A stretch of DNA of 32,000 nucleotides from an uncultured bacterium. GTDB lineage: Bacteria; Margulisbacteria; WOR-1; CAVSGV01. The notes beneath the pieces are model-generated. The model was not told the DNA's origin. It searched no databases and saw only the letters and a list, made by a program, of their open reading frames with translations. Location: the NCBI GenBank assembly GCA_963699255.1, contig OY969425.1, forward strand, positions 450,001-482,000, given 5' to 3'. The translations under genes were made by a program, and so were the position numbers. Shown one piece after another: positions 1 to 9,953 of the stretch (the stretch's first letter is position 1; every line of letters starts with the position of its first letter).

Positions 1-288
1 CTCAACGAAGACCGGGAGAAGCGCCGCGTTTATCACAAGGGTCGCCGCATAGACGATTATGAACCTCGGAAGTTCTCTTTTGAAGTGATGCTCGGACGTG
101 AAGACCCAGTATTTGTTCCAGAAATAGCTATTGAGAAGCCCGATGAAGAATGAGATCAGCAGAGCGATAAAATAGTGGAACTTAAGATACAGGAGCAGAT
201 AATATATGCCATATCCGATGACGGTATTAGCTGCGCCGATGATCGCGAATTTAATGAGTTGAACAGAAATGTTGAATAGCCAGGGCAT
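1..288 (-). CDS. GtrA-like membrane protein (GtrA/DPMS flippase family), partial, runs off the left edge
   Basis: Absent from the ORF track. The reverse complement from ATG at 288 is open to base 1: MPWLFNISVQLIKFAIIGAANTVIGYGIYYLLLYLKFHYFIALLISFFIGLLNSYFWNKYWVFTSEHHFKRELPRF..., with GtrA-like TM segments and the NSYFWNKYWVF motif. AGGA lies upstream. Confidence 0.82.
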   Translation of the reverse strand, partial: MPWLFNISVQLIKFAIIGAANTVIGYGIYYLLLYLKFHYFIALLISFFIGLLNSYFWNKYWVFTSEHHFKRELPRFIIVYAATLVINAALLPVFVE

Positions 289-307
289 TACTGATCTTTT
301 CCTTTTT

Positions 308-1351
308 TCACGCTTCCATATACTCCGATATTTGATCGATGCATACTTTTCTCATGTCTTTTTTCCCTTTGTAAGCGCGCGTCCATTGTGTGATATTATC
401 GATGGCGCTTTCGATATCCACTTTAGGGCTCCATTTAAGGGCATCTTTTGCCTTTGAACTGTCGAGCATCAATAATCGGGTTTCATGCGGATGTTCCTTC
501 TTGTCCACCACATATGAAGCATCTTTCCCCCATTTAGAGCAGAGCGTTCTGACAAGCCATTCAACGGTCTTCGCATCCTTATCAGCTGGGCCAAAGTTCC
601 AGGCTTCGGCGTATCTCTGCCCGCCCTCATAAAGCTTGCGCGCCAGGATCAGGTATCCGTTTAGAGGATCCAGGACATACTGCCACGGCCTGATCGCTTT
701 TGGGTTCCTTATGTGGATCTTTTCGCCTTTAAGTATGGCCCTGATGAAATCGGGCACCAGCCTGTCAACTCCCCAGTCGCCGCCGCCGATGACGTTGCCG
801 GCCCTTGCTGTTGCCACAGCAATGCCGTTTTTCAAGAAAGAATCCCTGTAAGCGGAGGTTACGAGTTCGGAACAAGCCTTGCTGCTTGAATAAGGGTCAT
901 ATCCTCCGAGCGGCTCGGTCTCTCTGTAGCCGGTCGTCTTTTCCTTGTTCTCATATATCTTGTCGGTCGTCACGTTAATGACGGCTCTTACGCTTGGACA
1001 GCTTCTGATCGACTCGAGGAGATTGACCGTTCCCATAATGTTCACGGCGTAGGTTTCAACGGGGTCCTTGTAAGACCTCCTGACCAGAGGCTGGGCAGCC
1101 ATATGGATAACGATCTCCGGCTTTGCCGCCATAATAGTTTTTTTCAATGATCCAAGATCCCGGATATCGGCTGTTATTGACCTGACAAGATCGTCCATCT
1201 TGCAAATTTCAAATAGACTGGGCTTTGTTGGAGGTTTAAGGGCGTATCCGGTCACTTTCGCTCCCAATAGATTCAGCCAGAGACAAAGCCAGGAGCCTTT
1301 GAATCCAGTGTGGCCGGTAATGAAGACCTTCTTGTTCTTCCAGAAGTTCAT
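308..1351 (-). CDS. rfbG: CDP-glucose 4,6-dehydratase (extended SDR)
   Basis: N-terminal VFITGHTGFKGSWL Rossmann motif, AAQPLVRRSYKDPVETYAVNIMGTVNLLE, and RAGNVIGGGDWGVDRLVPD typical of RfbG. Adjacent to rfbF. Confidence 0.92.
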   Translation of the reverse strand: MNFWKNKKVFITGHTGFKGSWLCLWLNLLGAKVTGYALKPPTKPSLFEICKMDDLVRSITADIRDLGSLKKTIMAAKPEIVIHMAAQPLVRRSYKDPVETYAVNIMGTVNLLESIRSCPSVRAVINVTTDKIYENKEKTTGYRETEPLGGYDPYSSSKACSELVTSAYRDSFLKNGIAVATARAGNVIGGGDWGVDRLVPDFIRAILKGEKIHIRNPKAIRPWQYVLDPLNGYLILARKLYEGGQRYAEAWNFGPADKDAKTVEWLVRTLCSKWGKDASYVVDKKEHPHETRLLMLDSSKAKDALKWSPKVDIESAIDNITQWTRAYKGKKDMRKVCIDQISEYMEA

Positions 1352-2145
1352 TTCCAGACTTTCCAGGGAGCTTTATTGGAATTCCACAATTCATTCAGGT
1401 GATTTACGTCCCTCATGGTATCCATGCAGTGCCAGAATCCGTCGTGGCTGAAAACATTCAACTCACGTTCTTTTGTAAGCTTCTTTATAGGCTCTCTTTC
1501 AAAGAAACAATCTTTATCGCCGATATAATCAAAGCTTTCTTTTTTTAACGCGAAGAAACCGCCGTTTATGTAAGCATCAGTGACCTGAGGCTTTTCATGG
1601 AAATCCGATACAAGGCCGTCCTTTATGATAAGCTCGCCGAAACGGGATTCGGCATGAATTCCCGTAAGTGTCGCGATCTTGCCAGACCTGAGATGGAAGT
1701 CATAAAGCTTTTTTATGTCTATATCAGATACGCCATCGCCGTATGTGAGCATAAAATCATCGGTATCGACGTACTTTTCGATCTTCTTTATCCTTCCTCC
1801 GGTCATCGTGTTCTGCCCAGTATCAACAAGCGTGACATTGAATTTTTCACGGTCGGATTTTTTGTGTATGGTGACCTTCGCGCTAGAGCCGAACTGAAGA
1901 GTAAGGTCGTTGTTCAGCGCCTCGTAATTCAGGAAATACTCTTTTATCATGTCACCTTTATACCCCAGGCAAATAATGAAATCATTGAAACCGTGGCTCA
2001 TGTATATTTTCATTATGTGCCATAAGATAGGGTAGGGGCCGATCTGGACCATGGGCTTCGGCTTGTATTCAGTTTCTTCCCTCAGCCTCATTCCCATGCC
2101 GCCGGCTAGTATAACGACTTTTGGCTTGAGCAGTTTAGCAGACAT
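1348..2145 (-). CDS. rfbF: Glucose-1-phosphate cytidylyltransferase
   Basis: VVILAGGMGMRLREETEYKPKPMVQIGPYPILWHIMKIYMSHGFNDFIICLGYKGDMIKEYF is a nucleotidyltransferase/RfbF signature. Overlaps rfbG by 4 nt. Confidence 0.93.
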   Translation of the reverse strand: MSAKLLKPKVVILAGGMGMRLREETEYKPKPMVQIGPYPILWHIMKIYMSHGFNDFIICLGYKGDMIKEYFLNYEALNNDLTLQFGSSAKVTIHKKSDREKFNVTLVDTGQNTMTGGRIKKIEKYVDTDDFMLTYGDGVSDIDIKKLYDFHLRSGKIATLTGIHAESRFGELIIKDGLVSDFHEKPQVTDAYINGGFFALKKESFDYIGDKDCFFEREPIKKLTKERELNVFSHDGFWHCMDTMRDVNHLNELWNSNKAPWKVWK

Positions 2146-2167
2146 TGGAGCCTCCTTTTTTTAATTG

Positions 2168-3217
2168 TCAGTATCCAAGTTCCTTAATTACGGCGGAGAC
2201 TTTACACGGGATCTCTGTGGGCTTGGCTCCCTGTTTGACCGCGTTATCGGGATCCTTAAGGCCGTGTCCGGTAAGAACGCATACTACGACAGAGCCGTCA
2301 GGAATTATCCGTTTTTTGGCAAGTTTCATCATTCCGGCTATCGATGCGGCGGACGCCGGTTCGCAGAAGACCCCCTCTAATTTCGCGACCAGCCTGTATG
2401 CTTCCAGTATTTCATCATCTGTGACGATCGATATAGAACCTGCTGATTCTTCCGCCGCAGCAACGGCTGTTTTCCAGCTCGCCGGGTTTCCTATCCTTAT
2501 GGCGGTCGCAACAGTTTCCGGTTTTTCTATCGGATGCCCCATTACTATGGGAGCCGCGCCTTCAGCCTGAAAACCCACCATCTTCGGCAGCTTTGATATT
2601 TTTTTCTTGTCATAATATTCCTTGAATCCTTTCCAGTAAGCGGTGATATTTCCCGCATTGCCGACAGGGATCGCAAGGAAATCAGGGACGGATTCAAGCT
2701 GCTCGCAGACCTCGAATGCCGCTGTTTTTTGGCCCTCTATCCTGAAAGGATTAATAGAGTTCACGATCTCGATGGGATATTTTTCGCCGAGTTCTCTGAC
2801 AAGGTTCAGGGCTTCATCGAAATTCCCCTGGACTGCAAAGACCTTTGCTCCGTGCATCATCGCCTGGGCAAGTTTTCCAAGGGCTATTTTCCCGCTGGGG
2901 ATTATCACTATGCAGTCGAGCCCGGCTCTTCCTGAATAAGCAGCCGCCGATGCAGAGGTATTGCCTGTTGAGGCGCAGATGACGGCTTTGAACTTCTTTT
3001 CAACCGCTTTGCTTATTGCCATTGTCATGCCGCGGTCCTTGAACGAACCGGTGGGGTTCAGTCCCTCATATTTCAGATACACTTTGCATTTCGTGAGCTT
3101 ACTGAGTTTTTCAGCGTATATCAGCGGCGTATTGCCTTCGTTCAGCGTAACAACGGGGGTTTTGTCGGTAACCGGCAGATATTCTCTGTATTTATCTATT
3201 AAACCTTTCCATCTCAT
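2168..3217 (-). CDS. thrC: Threonine synthase (PLP fold type II)
   Basis: [42 protein letters not shown] (PLP lysine in GSFKDRG) and [36 protein letters not shown]. The ORF is open to 3292, but M26 ([15 protein letters not shown]) at 3217 is the likely start. Confidence 0.92.
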   Translation of the reverse strand: MRWKGLIDKYREYLPVTDKTPVVTLNEGNTPLIYAEKLSKLTKCKVYLKYEGLNPTGSFKDRGMTMAISKAVEKKFKAVICASTGNTSASAAAYSGRAGLDCIVIIPSGKIALGKLAQAMMHGAKVFAVQGNFDEALNLVRELGEKYPIEIVNSINPFRIEGQKTAAFEVCEQLESVPDFLAIPVGNAGNITAYWKGFKEYYDKKKISKLPKMVGFQAEGAAPIVMGHPIEKPETVATAIRIGNPASWKTAVAAAEESAGSISIVTDDEILEAYRLVAKLEGVFCEPASAASIAGMMKLAKKRIIPDGSVVVCVLTGHGLKDPDNAVKQGAKPTEIPCKVSAVIKELGY

Positions 3218-3363
3218 TTTTCCAATGATACCACCTGAAAATGAGAGGGGCAAGAGGGAAAGTTCGTATGTAATCCTGAAATTTCCGACCAAAATTGGCG
3301 ATATATAGTACAGAGGGGAATTATATAGTTACATTCCAATACTGCGGAAAAGGAGCCATTTGC

Positions 3364-4497
3364 GTGTCAGCAAGTATGATCGAAAGGTTTCAAAGCCCTA
3401 AAACAGCTTTCAAAAAAACATTGAAAAGCGTACGAATGGAATTCAAGGAAACGGCGCAGGCGACAAAATATGTGCTGACAAAAACATTCTACCCTAACTC
3501 AATATTGCCTGAAATAAAACAGCCGAGCCTAAGAACTGCGATAAATGAATTGGCCCGTCAACTTTCATCTAATATTTCCACGGGTGAAAAGATCCTGTTT
3601 TTTGGGGGAAGGGTCTTCAGGGAAAATGGCGAAATTATCGCTAGCGATCCGCTATTAAAGATCGGCAAGGATATGGGCGGCATGACGGTCAGGACTCCGC
3701 TTACGACAGAACGGGGAATGCGAACATTTTTAAAGGATATCTATCTGAAACCCGAAAGATGGGGGATCAGGATATCTGACGAATTCAATGAAGAAGCTAG
3801 ATCAGAGATACATTCTCAAATAATGTTGATGAACGCCATCTTGGATATTGAACCAGACAATAGCATGGCGTTATCAGTTGTTCCCAACGATCACAAGTAT
3901 CATTCTTTGGGCATTATATCGCTAAACATTTTCTGTAGCGTTTATTTTTTATATGCTTATTTGAAAGGGGGGGCTCACGCATCTCTTTTTAAGCATCTCT
4001 CACTAATAAACTTCGCATCTGGTCTGCTTATGTTATGCGCACATATTCTAGCTTCAAGTAAAGGGGTCGGCACATATCACAAAAATCAAATTAAATGTAA
4101 TTTTTCACAAGAAGCTGCCGATTCCAAAGTCCCTACACATGAATACGTTCACTTCTTAAAGGATATAGGTATATTAAAAAACGAGATAACTGCCAGTTCA
4201 TATGAATCTCTTATGCAGGTGAGAACTTATGGAAAAGTATTTGGAAAAACCGAGGCGTATGAAAAAGGATTATTAATGGACGCTAGAACGCTCCTTGCGG
4301 AAAAATTGCATTTCAAGGTTGAAAAAGAAAAAACATACAAGATCGGCACAAGACTGGCCGGGTTGGCTGTGCAATTATCAACAAAGCTTAACGATCCTAA
4401 AGCCAAGTGGGATTTTTTGAACATTGTCTCTTGTTCCGATAAGGATGAACTTTTCCCCAATCTCTTTAATAGCAAGTTCAAACAATTTTTCGAGTAA
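3364..4497 (+). CDS. Uncharacterised protein with a HExxH (HEYVH) motif; possible zincin-like metallopeptidase
   Basis: Long ORF (3295..4497). AAGGAG is followed 8 nt later by GTG at 3364. HEYVHFLKDIG is encoded at 4138-4152. No other family signature recognised. Confidence 0.6.
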   Translation: MSASMIERFQSPKTAFKKTLKSVRMEFKETAQATKYVLTKTFYPNSILPEIKQPSLRTAINELARQLSSNISTGEKILFFGGRVFRENGEIIASDPLLKIGKDMGGMTVRTPLTTERGMRTFLKDIYLKPERWGIRISDEFNEEARSEIHSQIMLMNAILDIEPDNSMALSVVPNDHKYHSLGIISLNIFCSVYFLYAYLKGGAHASLFKHLSLINFASGLLMLCAHILASSKGVGTYHKNQIKCNFSQEAADSKVPTHEYVHFLKDIGILKNEITASSYESLMQVRTYGKVFGKTEAYEKGLLMDARTLLAEKLHFKVEKEKTYKIGTRLAGLAVQLSTKLNDPKAKWDFLNIVSCSDKDELFPNLFNSKFKQFFE

Positions 4498-4514
4498 ATA
4501 TTTAAATTTTTTCT

Positions 4515-4542
4515 CGTCTCACGTCTCGCACCTCACATCTCA
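4515..4542 (-). repeat. Four tandem degenerate heptamers, AGAYGNG-like (minus-strand orientation), upstream of hisS
   Basis: Plus strand CTCGTCT-CACGTCT-CGCACCT-CACATCT, i.e. minus strand AGATGTG-AGGTGCG-AGACGTG-AGACGAG. Confidence 0.68.
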
Positions 4543-4562
4543 TTATGCTATAATCCCCGCGT

Positions 4563-5813
4563 ATGAAATACACAAGACAAAGAGGCACCCGTGATATCCT
4601 GCCGGGCGAAATAAAGACCTGGCAGTTCCTGGAAGAAAAGGTCCGGGCTGTTTTTGAGAACTACAATTACGCGGAAATAAGGACCCCCATATTCGAGCAG
4701 ACGGAAGTATTCACCCGCAGCATCGGCGAGGATACCGATATCGTCGGGAAAGAAATGTACACCTTCACCGACAAAGGCGAGCGTTCCATCACTCTCAGGC
4801 CGGAAGAAACAGCCCCTGTCGTAAGGGCCGCAATAGAGAATAATCTGCTGGGCAAGAACGATGTCGTAAAACTTTATTATTTGGGACCGATGTTCAGGTA
4901 TGAGAGGCCGCAAGCGGGAAGATTCAGGCAGTTCCATCAGGCCGGCGTTGAAGTTTTCGGATCTTCGGATCCACTTATAGATGTTGAAGTGATAGAACTG
5001 GGTCTCAGGTATTTCATGGAGATCGGCTTAAAAGAGCTTGAGGTCAATGTTAACAGCGTAGGATGCAATACCTGCAGGCCGAAATACAAAGAAGAACTGA
5101 TCAAATATTTCAAGGGAAGCTCCGCTGACATGTGCGATACATGCCGCGGCCGCCTGGACAGGAACCCTTTAAGGGTGCTTGATTGCAAAGATGCGAAGTG
5201 CCAGAAGCTGATAGATCATGCCCCTTCATCGACCGATTTCCTGTGTGAAGAATGCGGGACGCATTTTGACAAAGTTATTTATAACCTGGACCGGTTCAAG
5301 ATCCCGTATAAGCACAACAAACGCCTTGTAAGAGGGCTGGATTACTACACAAAGACCACATTTGAGATCATTTCAGGGTCGCTTGGGGCCCAGAACGCCG
5401 TCTGCGGAGGCGGCAGATACGATACTCTTGTCCAGGAACTTGGCGGCAAGGAAACGCCGGCTATAGGGTTTGCCATCGGCCTTGACAGGCTTGTTCTTGC
5501 GCTGGAAGAACAGAAGATCAACGTTTCCAAAGGCCTCAGGCTGCAGGCTTATGTCGTCACATTGGGAGATGCCGCCAGGCAAAAGGGTTTTGAAGTCTTA
5601 AGGAACCTCAGGAACATGGGGATAAGGTCTGATATGGACTATCAAAGCAGGAGTCTGAACTCACAATTAAGAACAGCTGATACACTAAAGGCGCAATATG
5701 CCATAATAATAGGGGATGATGAGCTTAAAAACGAGATCGCGCTGATACGATCTATGGACGATAAAACGCAGGAAACGGCTAAATTTGACGATATATTAAG
5801 GAGATTTAAATGA
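4563..5813 (+). CDS. hisS: Histidyl-tRNA synthetase
   Basis: [10 protein letters not shown] start, class II motif 2 ([23 protein letters not shown]), HisA motifs ([43 protein letters not shown]). Confidence 0.97.
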   Translation: MKYTRQRGTRDILPGEIKTWQFLEEKVRAVFENYNYAEIRTPIFEQTEVFTRSIGEDTDIVGKEMYTFTDKGERSITLRPEETAPVVRAAIENNLLGKNDVVKLYYLGPMFRYERPQAGRFRQFHQAGVEVFGSSDPLIDVEVIELGLRYFMEIGLKELEVNVNSVGCNTCRPKYKEELIKYFKGSSADMCDTCRGRLDRNPLRVLDCKDAKCQKLIDHAPSSTDFLCEECGTHFDKVIYNLDRFKIPYKHNKRLVRGLDYYTKTTFEIISGSLGAQNAVCGGGRYDTLVQELGGKETPAIGFAIGLDRLVLALEEQKINVSKGLRLQAYVVTLGDAARQKGFEVLRNLRNMGIRSDMDYQSRSLNSQLRTADTLKAQYAIIIGDDELKNEIALIRSMDDKTQETAKFDDILRRFK

Positions 5814-7606
5814 AACGGACACATAGTTGCGGAGAGCTGAGAAAGAAAGATGTTAACAAAGAGGTTGTACTGGCCGGATGGGTGCACAGAAGGCGCGACC
5901 ATGGGGGGCTGATCTTCATAGACCTTCGAGACAGGTCGGGTTTATGCCAGGTGACGATTAATGTGACGAACAAGGATCTGCATCAAATAGGGGAACAATT
6001 GAGGTCTGAATTCGTCACCATGGTAAAAGGGACCGTTGTGGAACGCTCAAAAGAGACCGTGAACTCAAAACTTCCGACCGGTGACATAGAGGTCATCGCT
6101 TCCCATATGGAAATATTGAACAAAGCCAAGACCCCGCCGTTCGAGATAGCCGATCCTAGCCAGGAGATCGACGAAAATGTCAGGATGAAATACAGATATC
6201 TCGACCTTCGCAAGGATGAAATGAGGGAAAATCTGGTATTCCGCCACAAGATCATTAAGTCTTCAAGGGACTTCCTTGATAAAGAAGGCTTCCTTGAGAT
6301 AGAAACGCCGTTTTTGACCAAATCCACCCCTGAAGGGGCCAGGGATTACCTTGTGCCGTCAAGGGTGAATCCGGGCAAATTCTACGCTCTTCCACAGTCG
6401 CCTCAGCTTTTCAAGCAGATCCTGATGGTTGCTGGCATGGAAAAATATTTCCAGGTCGTCAGATGCTTCCGGGATGAGGACCTTAGGGCGGACAGGCAGC
6501 CGGAATTCACCCAGATAGACATGGAAATGAGCTTCATCGAGCGCGATGACGTTATAGAGGTCATTGAGCGGATGATGGTCCACATAATGAAGCAGGTCAA
6601 AGAGGATGAGGAAAAGTATTTTATCCATAAAAAGATACCGGATTTCAAGCTTCCTATACCAAGATTGACCTGGGACGAAGCAATGTCGAGATACGGAACG
6701 GACAAACCGGATACGCGGTTCGGGCTTGAGCTGGTGGACGTTACCGATATCGCAAAGGGGTCGGAATTCAAGGTGTTTTCTTCGACGGCGAATGCAGGAG
6801 GGCTTGTTAAAGGGCTTAACGGAAAGGGCTGCGCGAAATTCTCCAGGAACGAGCTCGACAACCTTGAGGCTGAAGCGAAAAAACTCGGAGCAAAAGGATT
6901 GGCATACATCGTGATCGCGGCGGACGGCATCAAATCGCCGATAGCCAAATTCCTGAAGAAAGAAGAGATAGATGCGATCGTAAGCAGGCTCAAAGGGGAA
7001 ACAGGGGATATCCTTTTCTTTGTTGCCGACAAGCCGGATACCGCTAACTCCGTTCTGGGACAGATAAGGCTTGAACTGGGAAAGAAGCTGAATTTGATCG
7101 ACAAGGCAAAATTCAATTATGTCTGGGTGACCGATTTCCCGCTTATGGAATACAGCGAGAATGACAAGCGATGGGTTTCCAGGCATCATCCGTTCACAGC
7201 GCCGCAGGGCAGCTGGGATGACATAGAAGAAAGGTTCGTGAAAGATCCGGCATCTATAAAAGCGCAAGCGTATGATTTTGTCCTTAACGGCGTCGAGATA
7301 GGCGGCGGGTCAATAAGGATCCACAGGCCTGACATCCAGGCCAAGATATTCAAGATCTTGAGGATGACGGAAGAAGAGGCCAATCTGAGATTCGGATTCC
7401 TGCTGGAAGCGTTCGAATACGGCGCTCCTCCGCACGGCGGGATAGCTTTGGGTCTGGACAGGCTTGTCATGATGCTTGCCGGGATGGATTCAATAAGGGA
7501 CGTTATCGCATTTCCGAAGAACCAATCAGCTGTATGCCCCATGACGAACGCGCCTGATGCTGTGGATCCAAGACAGCTGAAGGATGTTCACATAAAACTG
7601 GCTTAA
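5810..7606 (+). CDS. aspS: Aspartyl-tRNA synthetase (bacterial type)
   Basis: [99 protein letters not shown]. 4-nt ATGA overlap with hisS. Confidence 0.97.
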   Translation: MKRTHSCGELRKKDVNKEVVLAGWVHRRRDHGGLIFIDLRDRSGLCQVTINVTNKDLHQIGEQLRSEFVTMVKGTVVERSKETVNSKLPTGDIEVIASHMEILNKAKTPPFEIADPSQEIDENVRMKYRYLDLRKDEMRENLVFRHKIIKSSRDFLDKEGFLEIETPFLTKSTPEGARDYLVPSRVNPGKFYALPQSPQLFKQILMVAGMEKYFQVVRCFRDEDLRADRQPEFTQIDMEMSFIERDDVIEVIERMMVHIMKQVKEDEEKYFIHKKIPDFKLPIPRLTWDEAMSRYGTDKPDTRFGLELVDVTDIAKGSEFKVFSSTANAGGLVKGLNGKGCAKFSRNELDNLEAEAKKLGAKGLAYIVIAADGIKSPIAKFLKKEEIDAIVSRLKGETGDILFFVADKPDTANSVLGQIRLELGKKLNLIDKAKFNYVWVTDFPLMEYSENDKRWVSRHHPFTAPQGSWDDIEERFVKDPASIKAQAYDFVLNGVEIGGGSIRIHRPDIQAKIFKILRMTEEEANLRFGFLLEAFEYGAPPHGGIALGLDRLVMMLAGMDSIRDVIAFPKNQSAVCPMTNAPDAVDPRQLKDVHIKLA

Positions 7607-8628
7607 AGCTTGTTGATCTCGCGGATAAGACCGGTAAATTTTCCATAACTATTCCTGTCAAATTTCAGGCTGAGCCTGAAAAGGTCCAGTTTATCATCGG
7701 TCTTTATTTCTTCTTTTACCGGTTTGCAGCATTCGATCTTCCCTGACAGCAGTATGTCCTTGTACTTCTTGTTGAGCTTTTCGATCTGATGCGCGGAAAG
7801 TTCCTTGTTCAATCTTATGATAGTGGTGTCCCCGACATATCTGAGAGAGTTATAGACCTTATAGAAATCCGTGATCTCATTTACAGCGTCGCGGACGGTA
7901 TTGACGACCCTGAATAAATTTAGGTCATCCTTGTACAGGAGGTTCTTCTTCATCATCGCGTCCTTGACGAATCTAAGCCAGCTCTTCCAGTATGAGCCGA
8001 ACAGGGTGTCAACAAAAACAAGAGGGCGGGGAGATGTCTTTCCCGTCTGCAGAAGGGTCAGCACTTCAAAAGCTTCATCGTGTGTGCCGAAACCGCCTGG
8101 AAAAAGTACCGTCGCATCCGATTCCTTGATGAAAACCAGTTTTCTGTTGAAGAAATATTTAAGTGTAACAAGCTTCTCGCCCCTTATGTATGGATTAGGT
8201 ACCTGCTCGGTCGGGAGCTTGATGTTTACGGCAAAACTCTTGCCCGGCCTTGCTCCTTTGTTCCCGGCTTCCATGATGCCGCCGCCGCCGCCGGTTATTA
8301 CCATCCATCCCATTTCAGAGACCTGTTTCGCGAAACTCTCCGCCATTTTATATTCAGAGGACTTGGCGCTTATTTTGTGTGACCCGAAGATGACGACCTT
8401 TCGGATGCTGCGGTAAGGGGAGAAGACCTTGAACGCATATCTCAGCTCTTTCAGGGTCGAATTAAGGATCTTGATGTCCCCGACATCCCTCAGGTCGCCG
8501 GAAAGCTTGCAGATCGTAGTGAACATCTGGCGGTAGAACTCTGTGGTTTCGCTGTTCCCGTATTTTCTTGCCAATTCATCGATCACTTTGTCGTCATTAA
8601 TATTGCCCAGACAGTACTTCTTTTCCAT
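7603..8628 (-). CDS. LOG family protein (Rossmann-like lysine decarboxylase/cytokinin riboside monophosphate phosphoribohydrolase fold)
   Basis: [16 protein letters not shown] and [22 protein letters not shown] (PGGxGTxxE motif). Convergent with aspS with overlapping stop codons. Start taken at MEKKYCLG; ORF open to 8646. Confidence 0.85.
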   Translation of the reverse strand: MEKKYCLGNINDDKVIDELARKYGNSETTEFYRQMFTTICKLSGDLRDVGDIKILNSTLKELRYAFKVFSPYRSIRKVVIFGSHKISAKSSEYKMAESFAKQVSEMGWMVITGGGGGIMEAGNKGARPGKSFAVNIKLPTEQVPNPYIRGEKLVTLKYFFNRKLVFIKESDATVLFPGGFGTHDEAFEVLTLLQTGKTSPRPLVFVDTLFGSYWKSWLRFVKDAMMKKNLLYKDDLNLFRVVNTVRDAVNEITDFYKVYNSLRYVGDTTIIRLNKELSAHQIEKLNKKYKDILLSGKIECCKPVKEEIKTDDKLDLFRLSLKFDRNSYGKFTGLIREINKL

Positions 8629-8680
8629 GGCGGTATCATATATCAAAAAGAAATAAAGGTCAAAACAGGAAAAACACTTG

Positions 8681-8708
8681 AGATGAGAGACGGGAGATGT
8701 GAGATGAG
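8681..8708 (+). repeat. Four tandem degenerate heptamers, consensus AGAYGNG
   Basis: AGATGAG-AGACGGG-AGATGTG-AGATGAG read directly. Confidence 0.7.
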
Positions 8709-8710
8709 AA

Positions 8711-9829
8711 GTGAAATTCTTGGGAAATATCGCCGATAAACAAGCGGATATAGGCGAACATATTATTGATATTGAGAGGAAGATTATATTGGCATTATTT
8801 AAGATGTATGGCAGGACTTTTGTTTCCGGAAAAATGCTGGCAGGCGCAATGATACAGGCTCACGCGGCCACGCCCGGAAAGGTAAAAGAAAAACAGGCTG
8901 CCGGGATATCGTTATTGAGCAAATATCTGGCAGACACCAGGCTGCGAATGAATGCATGGAATAAATTATCCGCTCTGTCGCCTGAAAAAGTGATCGCGCG
9001 CGCGAGTTTAAGCGAAAAGTGGATGGAAACCGCGGGAGAGCTCATTGAAAAGACCACGAACGTTTTGGTCCGCAGAGCTCTGATGAGCAAGATAATAGAT
9101 GCATACCCCAAAAAGCAGTTCGTTTTCAAGGAAGCTGAATTGATGACCCTGTTGCCGAAGATCAATCATGAGATGGTGGAAATCCCCGCGGGAACATTCA
9201 AAATGGGAAGCCTGTGCTACGGCAACGAACATCCCGTAAGGCAGGTATCGCTTTCAGGTTTTTTGGTGGGAAAATATCCAGTGACCAACGCGCAGTACGG
9301 GATATTCATGGATCAAACAGGGTATAAAGAACCGCTTTTTTGGAACAATCCGGAATTCGGAAAGGGGAAGCCCAACAATCCTGTGGTTGGAGTTGACAAA
9401 AATGACTGTGAAGCATATGTGAGATGGCTGGCAATGCAGCTTCCAACGGAAGCGCAGTGGGAATACGCTGCCAGAGGCCCAAAGGGATTTGAATACCCGT
9501 GGGGGAATACATGGGATCCTTCAAAGATAACTCCTGACAAAATGTATGGGACTCATCCGGTAGATGCCCATCCTGAAGGGGCCAGCCCTTTTGGTGTCGT
9601 AGATATGGTAGGCAATATTTGGCAGTATACATCCGACAGGTATGGTAAGTATGAGCCTATGAACCTGAAAGACCCAAAAGGTTCTTTGGACGGCTACAAT
9701 ATAGTTCTACGCGGCTGCGCTTGGTATATTGATGTTCCTGTTTATATGCGCGGAGCATTCCGGTTCTTCAATAATGCCGAGACCCGCGACAACGGCACCG
9801 GTTTCCGCACCACGGAAAGCATAAGGTAG
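8711..9829 (+). CDS. Formylglycine-generating enzyme/SUMF1-domain protein with an uncharacterised ~150-aa N-terminal region
   Basis: MVEIPAGTFKMGSLCYGNEHPVRQVSLSGFLVGKYPVTNAQYGIFMDQTGY, LPTEAQWEYAARGPKGFEYPWGN, PFGVVDMVGNIWQYTSDRYG, GFRTTESIR. GTG start at 8711, directly after the heptamer block. Confidence 0.85.
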   Translation: MKFLGNIADKQADIGEHIIDIERKIILALFKMYGRTFVSGKMLAGAMIQAHAATPGKVKEKQAAGISLLSKYLADTRLRMNAWNKLSALSPEKVIARASLSEKWMETAGELIEKTTNVLVRRALMSKIIDAYPKKQFVFKEAELMTLLPKINHEMVEIPAGTFKMGSLCYGNEHPVRQVSLSGFLVGKYPVTNAQYGIFMDQTGYKEPLFWNNPEFGKGKPNNPVVGVDKNDCEAYVRWLAMQLPTEAQWEYAARGPKGFEYPWGNTWDPSKITPDKMYGTHPVDAHPEGASPFGVVDMVGNIWQYTSDRYGKYEPMNLKDPKGSLDGYNIVLRGCAWYIDVPVYMRGAFRFFNNAETRDNGTGFRTTESIR

Positions 9830-9953
9830 ACGATCCATATCATATCCTGCTATTTAGCTCTCCAAAGCTCAAATCCGGGCCTGTTCAAGTCTCCATAACC
9901 GTGAAATTTACATGCTTTTTTGACGATATATTAATTAGAGGGGATTTATAACA

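Noticed and set aside
5983-7542. Long antisense ORFs opposite aspS (302, 237, 118 aa)
   Set aside because: Fully overlapped by an unambiguous aspS. The translations lack recognisable motifs and are typical shadow ORFs of GC-containing codon bias. The same applies to antisense ORFs opposite purA, ribF, rfbF, thrC and the kinases.
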